Positions 13,578 to 26,221 are shown, counted from the first letter of the stretch. The stretch is 64,000 nucleotides of DNA from Octopus sinensis (GCF_006345805.1 NC_042997.1:137578001-137642000), one strand, 5' to 3'. Made by a program: numbers and translations. The notes: generated by a model not told the origin, from the sequence alone.

Positions 13578-13794
13578 TGAAGGGGCCCTGAAAAGTTCTG
13601 AGCTTTAAGATCATTGCAAAGAGCTTGGTTGGAGGCCCAATCTACTGAGTTCTTTTCCAAGGCTTAGAAAAACTGAAGGACCGCTGCAATAAGTGTGTGA
13701 ATCTGAGAGAGGAATATGTTAAATAAAATCATATTCAACTAATCTTCCTGTATTTTCTTTTACTCAAAGCCAGAAAGTTTTCAGCAGCTCCTCA
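13578..13794 (+). mobile_element. Mariner-derived MITE or internally deleted mariner
   Basis: Imperfect TIRs (tgaaggggccctgaaaagttctgagcttt / aaagccagaaagttttcagcagctcctca), TA on both sides, and an internal mariner C-terminus GLEKLKDRCNKCVNLRGEYVK*. Confidence 0.8.
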
Positions 13795-13974
13795 TATGTG
13801 ATTGCTTGACCTGTTACAAATAATAGCCAAATTTCTCTCAAAACATACTTTGCCACTTCAATAAAAATTAATTCAATGTGGTCTTGGATATACTGTATTT
13901 GTAACCCCCCCCCCCAAAAAAAAACACCCTGGGATGTTAAAGGTTAGAATACCTTTAATATTAGGACTATTTGA

Positions 13975-14190
13975 AAGGCAGTGAGCTGGCAGAATCATTG
14001 CCACGGAGGGCAAAATGCTTAGCTGCATTTTGTTCGTCTTTACATTTTGAGTTCAAATTCTGCTGAGGTTGACCTTGCCTTTCATCCCTTTCAGAGTCAA
14101 TAAAATTACTACCAGTTGAGCACTTGAGTCAATGTAATCAACTTACCCTCTCTCCCAAACTTGCTGACCTTGTACCAAAATTTGAAACCA
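13975..14190 (+). mobile_element. SINE family A
   Basis: Sequence similarity to the other family A copies. Confidence 0.8.
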
Positions 14191-14809
14191 ATATTAGGTT
14201 TATTTGATGTGGACTGACTTTGGGTTAAATAGCAATGACATTAAAACTAAATTCTTTTAATATTTTCTTTTAGTCTTTCTGGTTTATTAATTTTTATTTA
14301 TTATTTTTTTATGTCTTGACAAAGCATCAGCTTTTTCTCATTTTGGGAGTATGTAAACCCATTAAGTATTAAAACTGTCAGTCTTAATAACACTCTATAC
14401 TCATATACAATGTTATTAAGTGTTTTAACCTAGAGGGAATTCTTTGAGTGCTTTAACCTAGAGGGAATTTTTCAGGTAGGGGATTTCTTTACATGAATTA
14501 TAAAGGTTTCTAATGTAGCACATACTCTAAAATTTTAGTGAAGGGTACAGCCAATTATATTGTTTCCAGCATTTGACTAGTTCTAATTGGTATTAGTATG
14601 TTATTATTTTATCAACTCTGGGAGGGTAGGAGACAAATTTGGTCTCAACAGGATTTGAACACAGAATATATAGGAATGTGAGAAATACTACTGATTCTGC
14701 TATCCACCACTCTTATTAACATGCATTATGATAGCAACAGAATCATCAAGATATATATGTATCAGTGAATCTTGCACCACCACTGCTACCACCGCTGCCA
14801 CTGCCATTG

Positions 14810-15000
14810 CCACCACCACCACTTGTCTGCTTTCCCTGTTGGCATGGGTTGGACAGTTTGACAGGAGGTGGCCAGTTGGAGAGCTGCACCAGGCTCCATT
14901 GTCAGTTCTGGCATAATTTCTACAGCTGGATACCCTTTCTAACACCAACTGCTTTCCAGCATATACTGGAGGCTTTTCATGTGGAGCCAGCACCATATAA
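14810..15000 (-). mobile_element. SINE family C
   Basis: Similarity to 8530-8815, reversed. Confidence 0.65.
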
Positions 15001-15513
15001 AATAAAATATGTGTTAATCATCTGCATCTGATTGATGGCAGAATCTGTAGCACACTAGATAGAATACTTGTAGTATTTAGCTGCATCCTTTTACTTTCTA
15101 AGCTTACATTTGGGTTCACTATATCATTCTGAAGTTGATAAAGTATGTACAGGAGATCATTGGATACTCTATAAGGTGTGGAGCATTCCAGCATGACAAT
15201 AGTCCAGTAGTGAAACTAATAAAGAATTATAAAATATAAAGTCAATAAAACTGTTTCTAGAAAACGTAAAATTAGGTGAGAAATGAAGAACAGATAAAAC
15301 TGGTTTTAACCACATCAAATACAATCATAGCAAGAAAATAAGGAAGTCTCTATAGGGATGGTTGGGTTGTTAGAAATAACAGTTAAATATTTTGTAGATC
15401 ACACCCCACTGTCTTGACCCTTTTTTTTACCAAATTTCTATTGAACTGTACTACTTTCGTAGCAATTAATTTGGAAAATAATGAAGAACTTAGTAAATAA
15501 TTGTCTTAATTAT

Positions 15514-16002
15514 AGGTGCAGGCATGGGTGAGTGGTAAAGAGCTTGCTTCCCAACCACATAGTCCCAGGTTCAGTCCCACTGTGTGGCACCCTGGGCAGA
15601 TGGATTTTGTGAGTGGATTTGGTAGGCAGAAACCAAGAGAAATCTGTCATATATATATATATATATATACTGTTGTGTCTGGGAGAGTCATTCTCTTTTA
15701 GTACCTTATTATTTAACACACTCACCGGTAAAATTTCCACTTATTTCGTCTTTTTATTTTCCTAAAATTTTCATTGCTTCTTGCAGCCTTTTCAATAGTC
15801 TTGACTCTGTCCATTATTGAAAAGGTTGCAAGACGCAATGAAAATTTTAGGAAAATAAAAAGACGAAATAAGTGGAAATTTTACCGGTAAGTGTGTTAAA
15901 TAATAAGGTACTAAAAGAGAATGACTCTCCCCAGACACAACAGAATATGTTTCAACTCACGAACTCATATAAAGAATCTTGCAAACCAAATCCAAAAACG
16001 AA

Positions 16003-16040
<38 letters not shown>

Positions 16041-16245
16041 ATGTGTGTGTGTGTGTGTCTTTGTCCTCCCCACCATCACTTGACAACCAATGTTGGTGTG
16101 TTTATGTCCCCGTAACTTAGCAGTTCGGCAAAAGAGATTGGTAAAATAAATGCTACACTTACTGGGTTGATTTCTTCGACTAAATTCCTTTAAGGTGGTG
16201 CTCCAGCATGGCCACAGTTATGACTGAAACAAAAGTATAAAAGAA
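15514..16245 (+). mobile_element. tRNA-derived SINE, family B (central microsatellite), hosting a nested palindromic MITE
   Basis: Head gggttcagtcccactg and tail ccagcatggcc…gactgaaac, shared with 38232-38662. Confidence 0.8.
15670..15943. mobile_element. Near-perfect palindromic MITE (~128-bp arms, 17-bp loop)
   Basis: ctgttgtgtctgggagag… mirrored by …ctctccccagacacaacag; inserted in the (TA)n of the SINE. Confidence 0.85.
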
Positions 16246-17052
16246 TAATTAATCTGGGCTTTGGAACATAAATTAACATGAAGTTTTGCTGGAAAGTTTT
16301 AATTTAAGTTACATTAAAACAGGATGTCTATATCATATCCAGGAGCAGCCTTAGGCAGATTGGCATAAAAAGAGTTAAATAAAGAATGCATCCAATAATG
16401 CAGTCCTCAATCCTCCTCAAAGAGAACAGGATGGATGGTCATGGCTGAGATGCTTTTGATCATAGCTCTGTTTGATCAAGACTGACGTACAGATAAATAA
16501 CAATAGCATGTAGTACCTTCTATCTTTCTTCATCTCACTGTTGGGGATTAGACAATGTTTCTAATAACACACTAATAAACATTGTTGTTTTATTTAAACA
16601 TAGTTAATTATATTGACACTAAGTTTGCATTGTGTATTTACCATCTGAATGGGCTAGCTTCAGTGTAAATATCCTTGTCACCAGTTGTCTGTCTCCATCT
16701 TACAATATTCTTCACCTATCTCCCCACACATTGTTAGCATTATATTATGTTTGCATATGGCAGAGTAGGACTCTTATTTCCATTTATATGTGTATATAAG
16801 GGTTAGAGAGTTGTGTATATATGTTCCCCCACCACATGTGTGTGTAAATTTTATGAAATGAAACTCATATACAGAACAGCATGAAGATCAGTAAATATGT
16901 TTGGATATAAGTAAATCGAATGTGTGTGTGTATGACTATACATATGCATATATAAGTGCATATATGTATGTGTGTATATATATATAGTTGTGTGTGTGTG
17001 TATCATATATATATATATATAAGCGAGAAAGAAGCAACAAGAATGGATAGGT

Positions 17053-17143
17053 TTTTAGTACGATCGTTTCATACAAGGACAGGTTTTATTAAAAGTTGCA
17101 AAGATTACAGCATATAAACGAGTCCCGTACTCATCAGCTAAAA
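17053..17143 (-). ncRNA. Type I hammerhead ribozyme (left-arm copy)
   Basis: Reverse complement of 17934-18024. Confidence 0.75.
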
Positions 17144-17933
17144 TACATGTAAGTTCTCTAGACATCCTAGTGTTTGAGGCTATACTCATGAAGTAATGTA
17201 GATAATTAAACAGATTTCTAAAGTTCATTAAAGTTCTTTAAAGATGATGTATAGTCTTATCACAGAATTTTAAAAAAGTTTTGATAGCATCACAGAGAAG
17301 GTGACCTAATCCATATGAATTTCCATAGATATGATGAGGGATTATATACTCACAGAAGACAAATTTATCCATTGTTATTAGCATTACAGAGGGGTGAATA
17401 ATCCTTTGTATATATGCACAGATTCCAATGGTGTAGATGTAAATTCTTGGCCGATCTAGTAAGCCCTTCAACCTTTAAGAGTTAAATAGCTACAGCCCTC
17501 TTGTGAATAGCAGTAATGTGATTAATATGGCAAACACTAATCATATAACAAGGATTGGTACCTACCTCATTGTGTTCAACCATTGTAAAATTTATCGCCC
17601 TGTGAATATGAATTCATCTCCATTTCTCTGGAAATTTACATCTACACCATTGAAATCTGTGCATATATACAAAGGATTAATTCACCCTCTCTGTAATGCT
17701 AATAACAATGGATAAATTTGTCTTCTGTGAGTATATAATCCCTCATCATATCTATGGAAATTCATGGATTAGGTCACCTTCTCTGTGATGCTATCAAACT
17801 TTTTTAAAATTCTGTGATAAGACTATACATCATCTTTAAAGAACTTTAATGAACTTTAGAAATCTGTTTAATTATCTACATTACTTCATGAGTATAGCCT
17901 CAAACACTAGGATGTCTAGAGAACTTACATGTA

Positions 17934-18024
17934 TTTTAGCTGATGAGTACGGGACTCGTTTATATGCTGTAATCTTTGCAACTTTTAATAAAACCTGTCC
18001 TTGTATGAAACGATCGTACTAAAA
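17934..18024 (+). ncRNA. Type I hammerhead ribozyme with extended stem II
   Basis: Stem I ttttag/ctaaaa; core CTGATGA 17940-17946; stem II gtacgggac/gtccttgtat; GAAA 18007-18010; stem III AC-gatc-GT with a palindromic loop; cleavage triplet GUA (cut after 18018). Confidence 0.75.
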
Positions 18025-18420
18025 ACCTATCCATTCTTGTTGCTTCTTTCTCGCTTATAATCACCCCACATTACTGTATTGTTAAATCAGTATAGTTTTT
18101 TTGGTGCATCTAAGTTAGGTACCTATTCAAGTAAATTTTTTAAATTAACTTGAATCTTTATTGCTCTTTGTATATATATATATATATATATATATAGATA
18201 TATACAATACACACACACACATGCATCTAAATGTACAGGTGTACAAGCAAAAGAACATTTGCTATTTCATGTAGAATATTTGTTTGTTAGTTAACCCTTG
18301 AAAACTACCATAGCTATATAATACAGATTATTAAATGCAAAGTAAGAAGTAAGATTAAAAACCTGGACCTAAAGGCTTCTTGTAATCAAACTAATGGTCA
18401 ATTGTAACCATCCACAGATT

Positions 18421-18424
<4 letters not shown>

Positions 18425-18494
<70 letters not shown>

Positions 18495-18496
18495 CA
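18425..18496. repeat. (CA)n microsatellite
   Basis: Directly visible. Confidence 0.95.
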
Positions 18497-19319
18497 TGTG
18501 GTATGTCCAGTATGGAATGGAGAAGACCATAATTCAAATACTCAATAAAGACTCACACACTTGAATCCAAAGGCTATAATATGATACTTTCTTCAAAAGC
18601 ACCCCACCCTTTAATCTCTAGCTATCACGTTGCTGAAAATTTTTTTTTTTTGTCTATTATCTGACCTCCATTTTGTCTATCTTAAAACAGGCATACACAC
18701 ATGCATATATCTGTTTACATACACACATAAACATCACCTGTGCATACACCTGTTTCCATAATAGCTGCCAGCCTGTACACACCCACACACATACAGACTA
18801 TCAAACCCACACAATCTAACACCATAGTGCTAGACTAACCACAAACTCATGTTCATCCACAGAATGACAAAGAGGACCATTTAGTCATCCTTAAGGATGA
18901 CTCATGACTTGCATGGTAACTTTGCTCACTGTTGACCTCGCTCTCTCAATCCATGGCCATCTTCAGCCCATTGGCAAGACCAGGTCAAGACAATTGGGGA
19001 TGGCAATAGATGCAGTGGATGACCAAGATGCCTCTTCTTGCTCTCTGCACCCCACAATGTGTTGCTGCAGCTGCCTTCCACTCTGCTGAACCATAAAGGT
19101 TTGTTCTGCAAAGTCTTTCAGATCCAATTTTCAGATATGTAGGTAGGTAAGCTCTAATTGATATATTAGCCCATAGCTGGAACCCTGAGAGTTGCTACTA
19201 CTCCACATTAGAGTTGGCCCATGTAAATAGTGGCTAAGTGGTGGTTCCATGCTTCTCAAACCCTTTGAACTCCCAAACCAAAGCTCTGCTACTAGATGCA
19301 ATTTTAAGTCATACCCAGG

Positions 19320-19333
19320 AGAGAGAGAGAGAG

Positions 19334-19376
<43 letters not shown>

Positions 19377-19445
19377 CACACACACACACACACTCTCTCT
19401 CTCTCTCCCTCTCTCTCTCTCTCTCCCTCTCTCTCTCTCTCTCTC
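19320..19445. repeat. (GA)n-(CA)n-(CT)n microsatellite
   Basis: Directly visible. Confidence 0.95.
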
Positions 19446-19722
19446 ATATGTACATCAGTTGTAGAGGTGATCATAAACCAAAACATTTTCATTAGCCAAA
19501 TCTAACCTTACTACACCAAAATTAAACATGTATATGCATACATACATACATGCATCCTATCTCCAATTAGTATTGCCAGACACATCTGGCTACTCTGTTA
19601 TTCTGAATATTTATGCATGTCATCTAATGCACTTAAGAGTTATTAACCCCTGATGAGCTGAGCTTAGTGATTATATCACTGGAACCATTGAAATGGATTA
19701 GCTCCCCATCAGGCCTTTTGCT

Positions 19723-19759
<37 letters not shown>

Positions 19760-19964
19760 ATGCATACATACACATGCACACATACTAGCACATCATCATC
19801 TTCATTAATGTTTTAACATCCTCTATTCCATGCTTGCATGGGTTAGATGAAACTTGTGTGGCAGAATTTTTTGTGGTCAGATGCACTTCCTATTGAAGAT
19901 CTTAACCTGTTTCTAGGTAAAGATCCATAGGAGTAAATATAAAAATATGTTTATATGTATTATC

Positions 19965-20350
19965 ATCATCATCATTTAACATCTGCTTTCCATGCTGGCA
20001 TTGGTTGGTCAGTTTGACATAGAGCTAGCTAGGTGGGAGCTGTCCAAACTCCAATTGTCAGTTGTAGCATGATTTCCACAGCTAGATGGCCTTCCTAATG
20101 CCAATCACTTAACAGAGTGTGCTGGGTACTTTCTATGTGCCACTTGCATAGGTGTGTTTATGCAGCATCAACACAGTGCTTTTTATATGGCACTGACACC
20201 TAAAAGGACAATGCTTTTACTTAGCTTGATGCGTTTTATCAAGTACAACAAATTGCCACATGTTCCGGTCCCTTCCTCAGTGAGGCCCAATATCCGAAGA
20301 TCCTTTCTCACCACTTCGTCCCAGATTTTCCCTGGGTCCACTCCTTCCAA
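19965..20350 (-). mobile_element. SINE family C / RTE 3' fragment
   Basis: (CAT)n followed by ttaacatctgctttccatgctggc; shared with 50070-50680. Confidence 0.7.
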
Positions 20351-20359
20351 AGGTACTCT

Positions 20360-20665
20360 TCACAATTAGTGTGTCAGGCTCACAATCATGAGGTAATGAG
20401 TTTGATTCCTGGGCCAGTCTGTGTGTTGTGTTCTTGATCAAGATACTTTATTTTACATTACTGCAGTTCACTCAGCTGTAGAAATGAGTTGCAATGTCAC
20501 TGGTGCTATACTGTATTGGCCTTTCCCTTGGGTAACATCAGTGGAATGGTGAAGGGAGGCTGGTATGCATGGGCATTTGCTGGTCTTCCAAAAACAACCT
20601 TACCTGGGCAACTTTCTAAGTGCAATCCTATGGTCATTCATGACTGAAGAGGATCTTTACCCTTA
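20360..20665 (+). mobile_element. tRNA-derived SINE, family D
   Basis: tRNA-like head (gagtttgattcctgg); reverse copy at 51230-51470. Confidence 0.65.
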
Positions 20666-21929
20666 TATATATATATGTATATATACATGCATACATAGCA
20701 GTCACAAAGCTACTTGGTATAATCCTCCACACAATCACCAGGTAAAATGCATATATGTAAATATTGGGTTGAATATTTAAATGCTGTTATTCATAGCTTT
20801 ATGTGTGCTTTGAGAATTTGCTTTTCCAAAAGAAAAATTATTTCATGTTCTCTTGAAAATATATAAAATTCTTAAGTTGTCATCTGCATATATCTATATA
20901 TATTTATATAGATGTATGCATGTATACACATGTATCATCATCATCATAATCCTCCTCCTCCTCCTCCTCATCATCATCATCATAACATCCATTTTTCTAT
21001 GTTTGCATGGGTCAGAAGGAATTTATTGAAGCAGATTTATTATAGTCCTATATCATTCCTGTTGCAACACTCACTTGTTTCCCTCTAAAATAATATTTTC
21101 CCAAATGTATTCATATATGTTAATGTTTGTATACACATCACCATCATCACAATGATTTGTTGCTCCCCCTGCTGTCAACCCTCACTCATTACCAGTCAAG
21201 GTCAATTTACCCCATGGTAGAAATGTCATAAAAAGGAAAATTTATATTAGATTCCCGTCTTTGAAAGTTTTTAAAAATATTTACTTCTGGTTTTCTAGCG
21301 TCAGTGATGTCTATATCTCTCTGTCTATATCTCTCTATCCATCTCTCTCTATCTATCTTTATCTCTATCTATATCTCTCTATCTATATCTCTCTATCCAT
21401 CTCTCTCTATCCATCTCTCTGTGTCTATCTGTCTATATCTATCTTATATGTCTAACTAGCTAGCTCCCTCTCTCCCCGCTCTCTATATCTCACTCACTCT
21501 CTATTGTTTTCACTTTAAGTCTTCAGTTGCTATTTACAAACAACAATTACAAATTACTGACAGAAAGAAGTTCACAATTACTGATGAAAGTAATTTCATA
21601 CATAATTTACTGATAGAAGTAACTTCATAAATTTCACTTCAATCTGTACACTTCGTTAAATTTGCCTACAAATTTCTTATTTACTTTTGCAATGGTTTTG
21701 TGTTTTTTCTGTTGTTAACAGCTTTTTCCTGGTTCCTTCAATATTGACTCTTTGGTTCACTGACAAATTTTGCTTCAACCCATACAATTCTTTATTTTCC
21801 GTAAAAATTTCTTATTTATTTTCTGCCCATTGTATTAAGAAAAATAATTTCTGTTACCCAGTTATTTTCTTTGTTTACTATCTTCTGCACCCATGTATTG
21901 CTGTATAGGTATATAACCATGTCTAGAAG

Positions 21930-22555
21930 GTAAGTGTCAAATTTGTCTACAATGTCAAGGTCAACCAAAAGAGTGTCTCTGTCCAGGGAAAGAGAGACAG
22001 CTGCAGAAAGGGAAGCATACCAAGAAACAAACAGACTGTGCCCTACAAAAGCCAGAGCATCTCAAAGTGATGAACAGAGGTATGCATGGCTGACAAGGAA
22101 TAGGATCACTGCTGCAGAATGAAGAGCAGTCGCAGCAGCTCAGAGAAGCAACTTCTATGAAGCAGCTTTCAATTATAATCCAGCAGTTCATTACACAGAT
22201 GACACTAGAGTTTCCATTGATGCAATGACAACTAAGTCTATACATTGTAGGCCTGGAAAGACACCTGCACTGTGCTGCAGTGGTGGAAAAGTTAAAATCC
22301 CTGCAATCCCCCAACCTCTAGAGCCATTGAAGAAACTGTTGTCATCAACTGACCAAGATTCCAAGCACTTCCAAAACAAAGTTAGACAATACAATGCTAC
22401 TCTACAGATGACATCATTTGGAGCCACAAGAGATTTAACTGAGCCAGGATTCATGCAAACTATCAAGATCCAAGGTCAGATTTATCATTGGATTGTCTCT
22501 CTGCTACTTTTGTCAAATGAATCACCAAAATCAGCCTTTTGTTGTTTATAGTCTG
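21930..22555 (+). mobile_element. Helitron Rep/helicase N-terminal pseudogene fragment
   Basis: AAFNYNP…HC…CCSGGKVKIPAIPQPLEPLKKLL…SKHFQNKVRQYNATLQMTSFGA…GFMQTIKIQGQIYH is typical of the Helitron N-terminal region; preceded by a CT-rich microsatellite and a short minisatellite (21545-21630). Confidence 0.8.
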
Positions 22556-22721
22556 TTTATTGGTTACGAAATAAGCTACACAAAACATGTTTTTGAATTA
22601 TGTGTATTTACTTTATATACATATATGAGTTGAAAACTTTCTTTTAACATTTCACTTAATGTATATGTTCCATGCTGGTATGCGTTGGAAAGTTATTAAT
22701 GTAGAAAGTTGTTATCTCAGC

Positions 22722-22812
22722 TACTAGCAGTTGAGACCTGTGTAATCTAGACGGCATTTTAAAATTTCATTATTCTCTTTAACCTGGGCAATACCTGGTA
22801 TTTCTGCTGGTA
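22722..22812 (+). mobile_element. Short Helitron-like terminal module
   Basis: Begins tactagcag and ends ctgctggta (8/9 inverted match; CTRR-T end), with a decayed GC-rich subterminal hairpin. Confidence 0.45.
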
Positions 22813-22814
22813 TG

Positions 22815-23010
22815 TATGTATATATGTTTGTGTGTCTGTGTTTGTCCCCCCACCATCGTTTGATAACTGATACTGGTATGTTTACATTCCCATAACTTAG
22901 CAGTTCGGCAAAAAATAAGTCCTTACAAAAAATAAGTCCTGGGGTCGATTTGTTCGACTAAAGGCGATGCTCCAACATGGCAGCAGTCAAATGACTGAAA
23001 CAAATGAAAG
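22815..23010 (+). mobile_element. SINE family B, 3' half
   Basis: Similarity to 38460-38660. Confidence 0.75.
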
Positions 23011-23258
23011 AATATATATATATATGTATAGTGAAAAGTGGATAGAGGTTTCTGTGCAGGTTGTGTTGTATAAATAAATTTAAAAAATGGGTGAAAATGC
23101 AGAATAACATTAAAAGGGTTGTAATCTTTTTAGGCAAATTAAAAAAAACCAACAAAAAAACCAGTGTAATATTTCATTTAGACATATGAAATCTTTTTAA
23201 CTGATATAACTGGTTTTGTCCATTCTAGTTAGATTTATGAAATGGGAATGAGAAACTA

Positions 23259-24447
23259 CAGAGGCGTGCCAGTTTTCTGTGGACATTTGTATAAATTTAG
23301 AAAAAAGACTCATAGTTCATCAAAGGAAGGCTGTATTTGAAAATAAGTTGGTACAAATAGTCTTGAGAATTCTTTTATTGCACCTTTTCAATGAATTCAC
23401 TATTAGCATTAATGGCTGTTTTAATATGTTGTTGGAATTATTGACTTGCCCGAATCAGATGATATTTATCAATTTTGGACATAGCGCTGGTTTTGGCATA
23501 CTTCAGATGTTGTATAGAGTTATGAGGGTGCTGATTGACCTCTCTCTTGAGTTTGCTCCATATGTAATAGTCTGGTGGTTTGAGGTCTGGGAGAACATGA
23601 TCATAGAGATTGGTATGCATCCATGCTTGGGTTGTACTAGCTTTATAAGATGGCACAGTGTGTTGTTGGAAGACGTATGATCTTCCATTGTGCACTCTGC
23701 CTATTTAGGGCCTCACAACTTTCTCTGAAATCTCTGTGTAGTCAGTGGCACTGACTCTTAAGCCCTGTGAAAAACGTGAGGTGGTATAACATTTCCCTCA
23801 TTGCTGATGACTCTCAGAACTAACACAGTTGCCTGGAACTTGGTATGTATAACTGTTGGAACCCCATTTGGGTCTCTGCATAACCATCTGTCAATTCTTC
23901 AGTCCTGATTGAAGTTTTTTTCATTGGAGAAAAACCAAAGCATTCAAGAGCACTTTGCACAGATTGAATGATTCTCTCTTGTCACATTCAACATAAACTG
24001 ATCACTCCACATAACATATGATTTGTACTGGATGTCCTTATGCACAACTTTTCTGATATTGTACTCTGAAATCTTGAGGTCCTTTGCAATGACTCTTTCC
24101 AGAGTTTTTATCAATTATTTCTTGCACTTTTTATACAAAGTTATGTGTTATGATAGTATTAGGATCCTGTACAAGTGTTTTGCATTTAGCTACTGAGGCT
24201 GGATTGCTATCAGCAGCTTCCAGCTCCTTTTTGACTTTGACAATGAAAGATCAGGCAACTTTCACAAAGTGAGTTATCTTTGTATAACTATGTTGCATTT
24301 TACAGGTAATGATTACAGTGTGCTTTTTATTTACTGAGTCAACCTGATGCCTGACATTATTTATCTGAAATGTAAGGTAAAAAAATATAATTTAGAAGAA
24401 AGTTAGAGCTCTTGAAAGAGGTGTCCTCAAAAAACTTATGCACTCTG
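23259..24447 (-). mobile_element. Full-length decayed Tc1/mariner-superfamily DNA transposon (~1.19 kb)
   Basis: TA on both sides (23257-58 and 24448-49); degenerate TIRs (cagaggcgtgccagttttctgtggaca vs cagagtgcataagttttttgaggaca); transposase relic YVFQQ…KASTTQAWM…PDLKPPDYYIWSKLKREVNQHPHNS. Confidence 0.85.
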
Positions 24448-24762
24448 TATTTACAATAGTTGGAATATATAGAGTTGAAATTGTTGCAACTGGGCAGAGA
24501 ACTAGAGTATCAGGTTATAAAACAAAGAATATTCAGTAAAGAGTATAAGTGAAAGGGTGTGGCTTTAAACAATACAAAACCTTGTTACAAGTTAAGATTT
24601 TTAAACAAATGACTGCACTAGAGAGGTTGATAGGTGGGGAATCAAAGAGATAGGTAGAGGTGATAATGTTGTGTGTAGATGAAGAATGAGGTGGTCAGGT
24701 TAAAGGATAAGATAAGGAGTAGTTGGTGGAATGTTGTTTTCAGGTAGACCATAAATATTTAA

Positions 24763-25307
24763 CCCTTTAGTATTCAGAATACTTGGCACTCTGTTGGTTA
24801 TGACAATGAGGGTTCCAGTTGATCCGATCAATGGAACATCCAGCTGGTGAAATTAATGTGCAAGTGACTGAGCACTCCAGAGACGTGTACCCTTAAAATA
24901 GTTCTCAGGGAGATTCAGTGTGACACAGAATGTGACAAGGCTGGCTCTTTGAAATACAGGTCCTGCTCAATTTTTGCCAGCTGAGTGGAGTGGAGCAATG
25001 TGAAATAAAGTGTCTTGCTTCAGGACACAACACATCGCTGGTAACTGAACACATGTCTTTACTATTGTAAGCTGAATACCCTAACCATTATGCCATACAC
25101 CATCACTTCAGTCAGATGTAATGCTTATTTATTCTCAGTGTTTTGAATTAGCTTTGCATTATATCATAGCTTTGATATTTCAATGTTGTAACTGTTGATT
25201 TTTAGAATTACATTGTAGGGTAGGTATGAGAAGCTGGATCTGACCAGTTTGGATATAAAACAGAAAGAATATATGGGTTGGATATGGCTGGTGTAAATAT
25301 TAAAGGG
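24763..25307. mobile_element. piggyBac-type MITE with TTAA TSD and a nested SINE
   Basis: TTAA-ccctttag … ttaaaggg-TTAA (24759-62 and 25308-11); a second partial copy lies near 39520-39610. Confidence 0.7.
24790..25110 (-). mobile_element. tRNA-derived SINE (family D-related), nested in the MITE
   Basis: Shares gagtggagcaatgtgaaat…gtcttgct…gacacaacac with 51360-51405. Confidence 0.65.
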
Positions 25308-25436
25308 TTAAATGCTTATTTTGGTCTTCTATGTAGGTTATTAGTGAAAATTGAATAGTCTTTATAAGAGGTAATATTTATCCTCACTTAAACACGGAGG
25401 TTCTGTTAGAACAAACTATACTGCAGTAGTTACCAT

Positions 25437-25815
25437 ATATGTGTGTGTTTGTATTGTATGCATGTATGTGTGTGTGTATGTATGTATGTATGTATGTACG
25501 TGTATATATATATATATGTACATATATATATATATGTATATATGTACATATATATGTATATATGTACATATATATATATAAATATGTACATATATATGTA
25601 TGTATATATATATATGTATATATATGTATATATGTATATATGTATATATGTATATATATATATGTATATATATATGTATATATGTATGTATATGTATGCA
25701 TATATATGTATATATGTATGTATATGTATGTATGTATAGTATGTATCATCATCATCATCATCATCATCATCATCGTTTAACGTCTGTTCTCCATGCTAGC
25801 ATGTCCAACCCATGC

Positions 25816-25877
<62 letters not shown>

Positions 25878-25892
25878 ATGTATATATATATG

Positions 25893-25930
<38 letters not shown>

Positions 25931-25975
25931 ATGTATATATATGTATGTATATATATATATGTATATATATGTATG

Positions 25976-26071
<96 letters not shown>

Positions 26072-26098
26072 TGTATATATGTATGTATATATAGTATG

Positions 26099-26129
<31 letters not shown>

Positions 26130-26130
26130 G

Positions 26131-26163
<33 letters not shown>

Positions 26164-26221
26164 GTGTGTATATATATATGTGTTTATATATATATAAACT
26201 GTATATACTGTATATATATAT

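Larger units (their letters stand above)
17018..18059. mobile_element. Fold-back element with ~427-bp inverted arms and a 187-bp spacer; Penelope-like/retrozyme-type, one hammerhead per arm
   Basis: Arms 17018-17445 and 17633-18059 differ by about 5 small changes; (TA)n on the left flank. Confidence 0.85.

Noticed and set aside
17238-17715. ORFs of 77 aa and 70 aa within the fold-back element
   Set aside because: No RT or GIY-YIG motifs, and the two arms differ by frameshifting indels in this region.
18883-18902. Perfect 20-bp palindrome agtcatccttaaggatgact
   Set aside because: Lies at the edge of a probable retroelement UTR remnant (18860-19130); no independent evidence of function.
19648-19715. 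CTGATGA…GAAA with nested hairpins
   Set aside because: No stem I partner (cccc on both sides) and stem II does not close, so it is not a hammerhead as written.
21495-21535. Minus-strand CTGAAGA cttaaagt GAAA
   Set aside because: Stem II cannot close without using a core base, and there is no stem I; likely chance.
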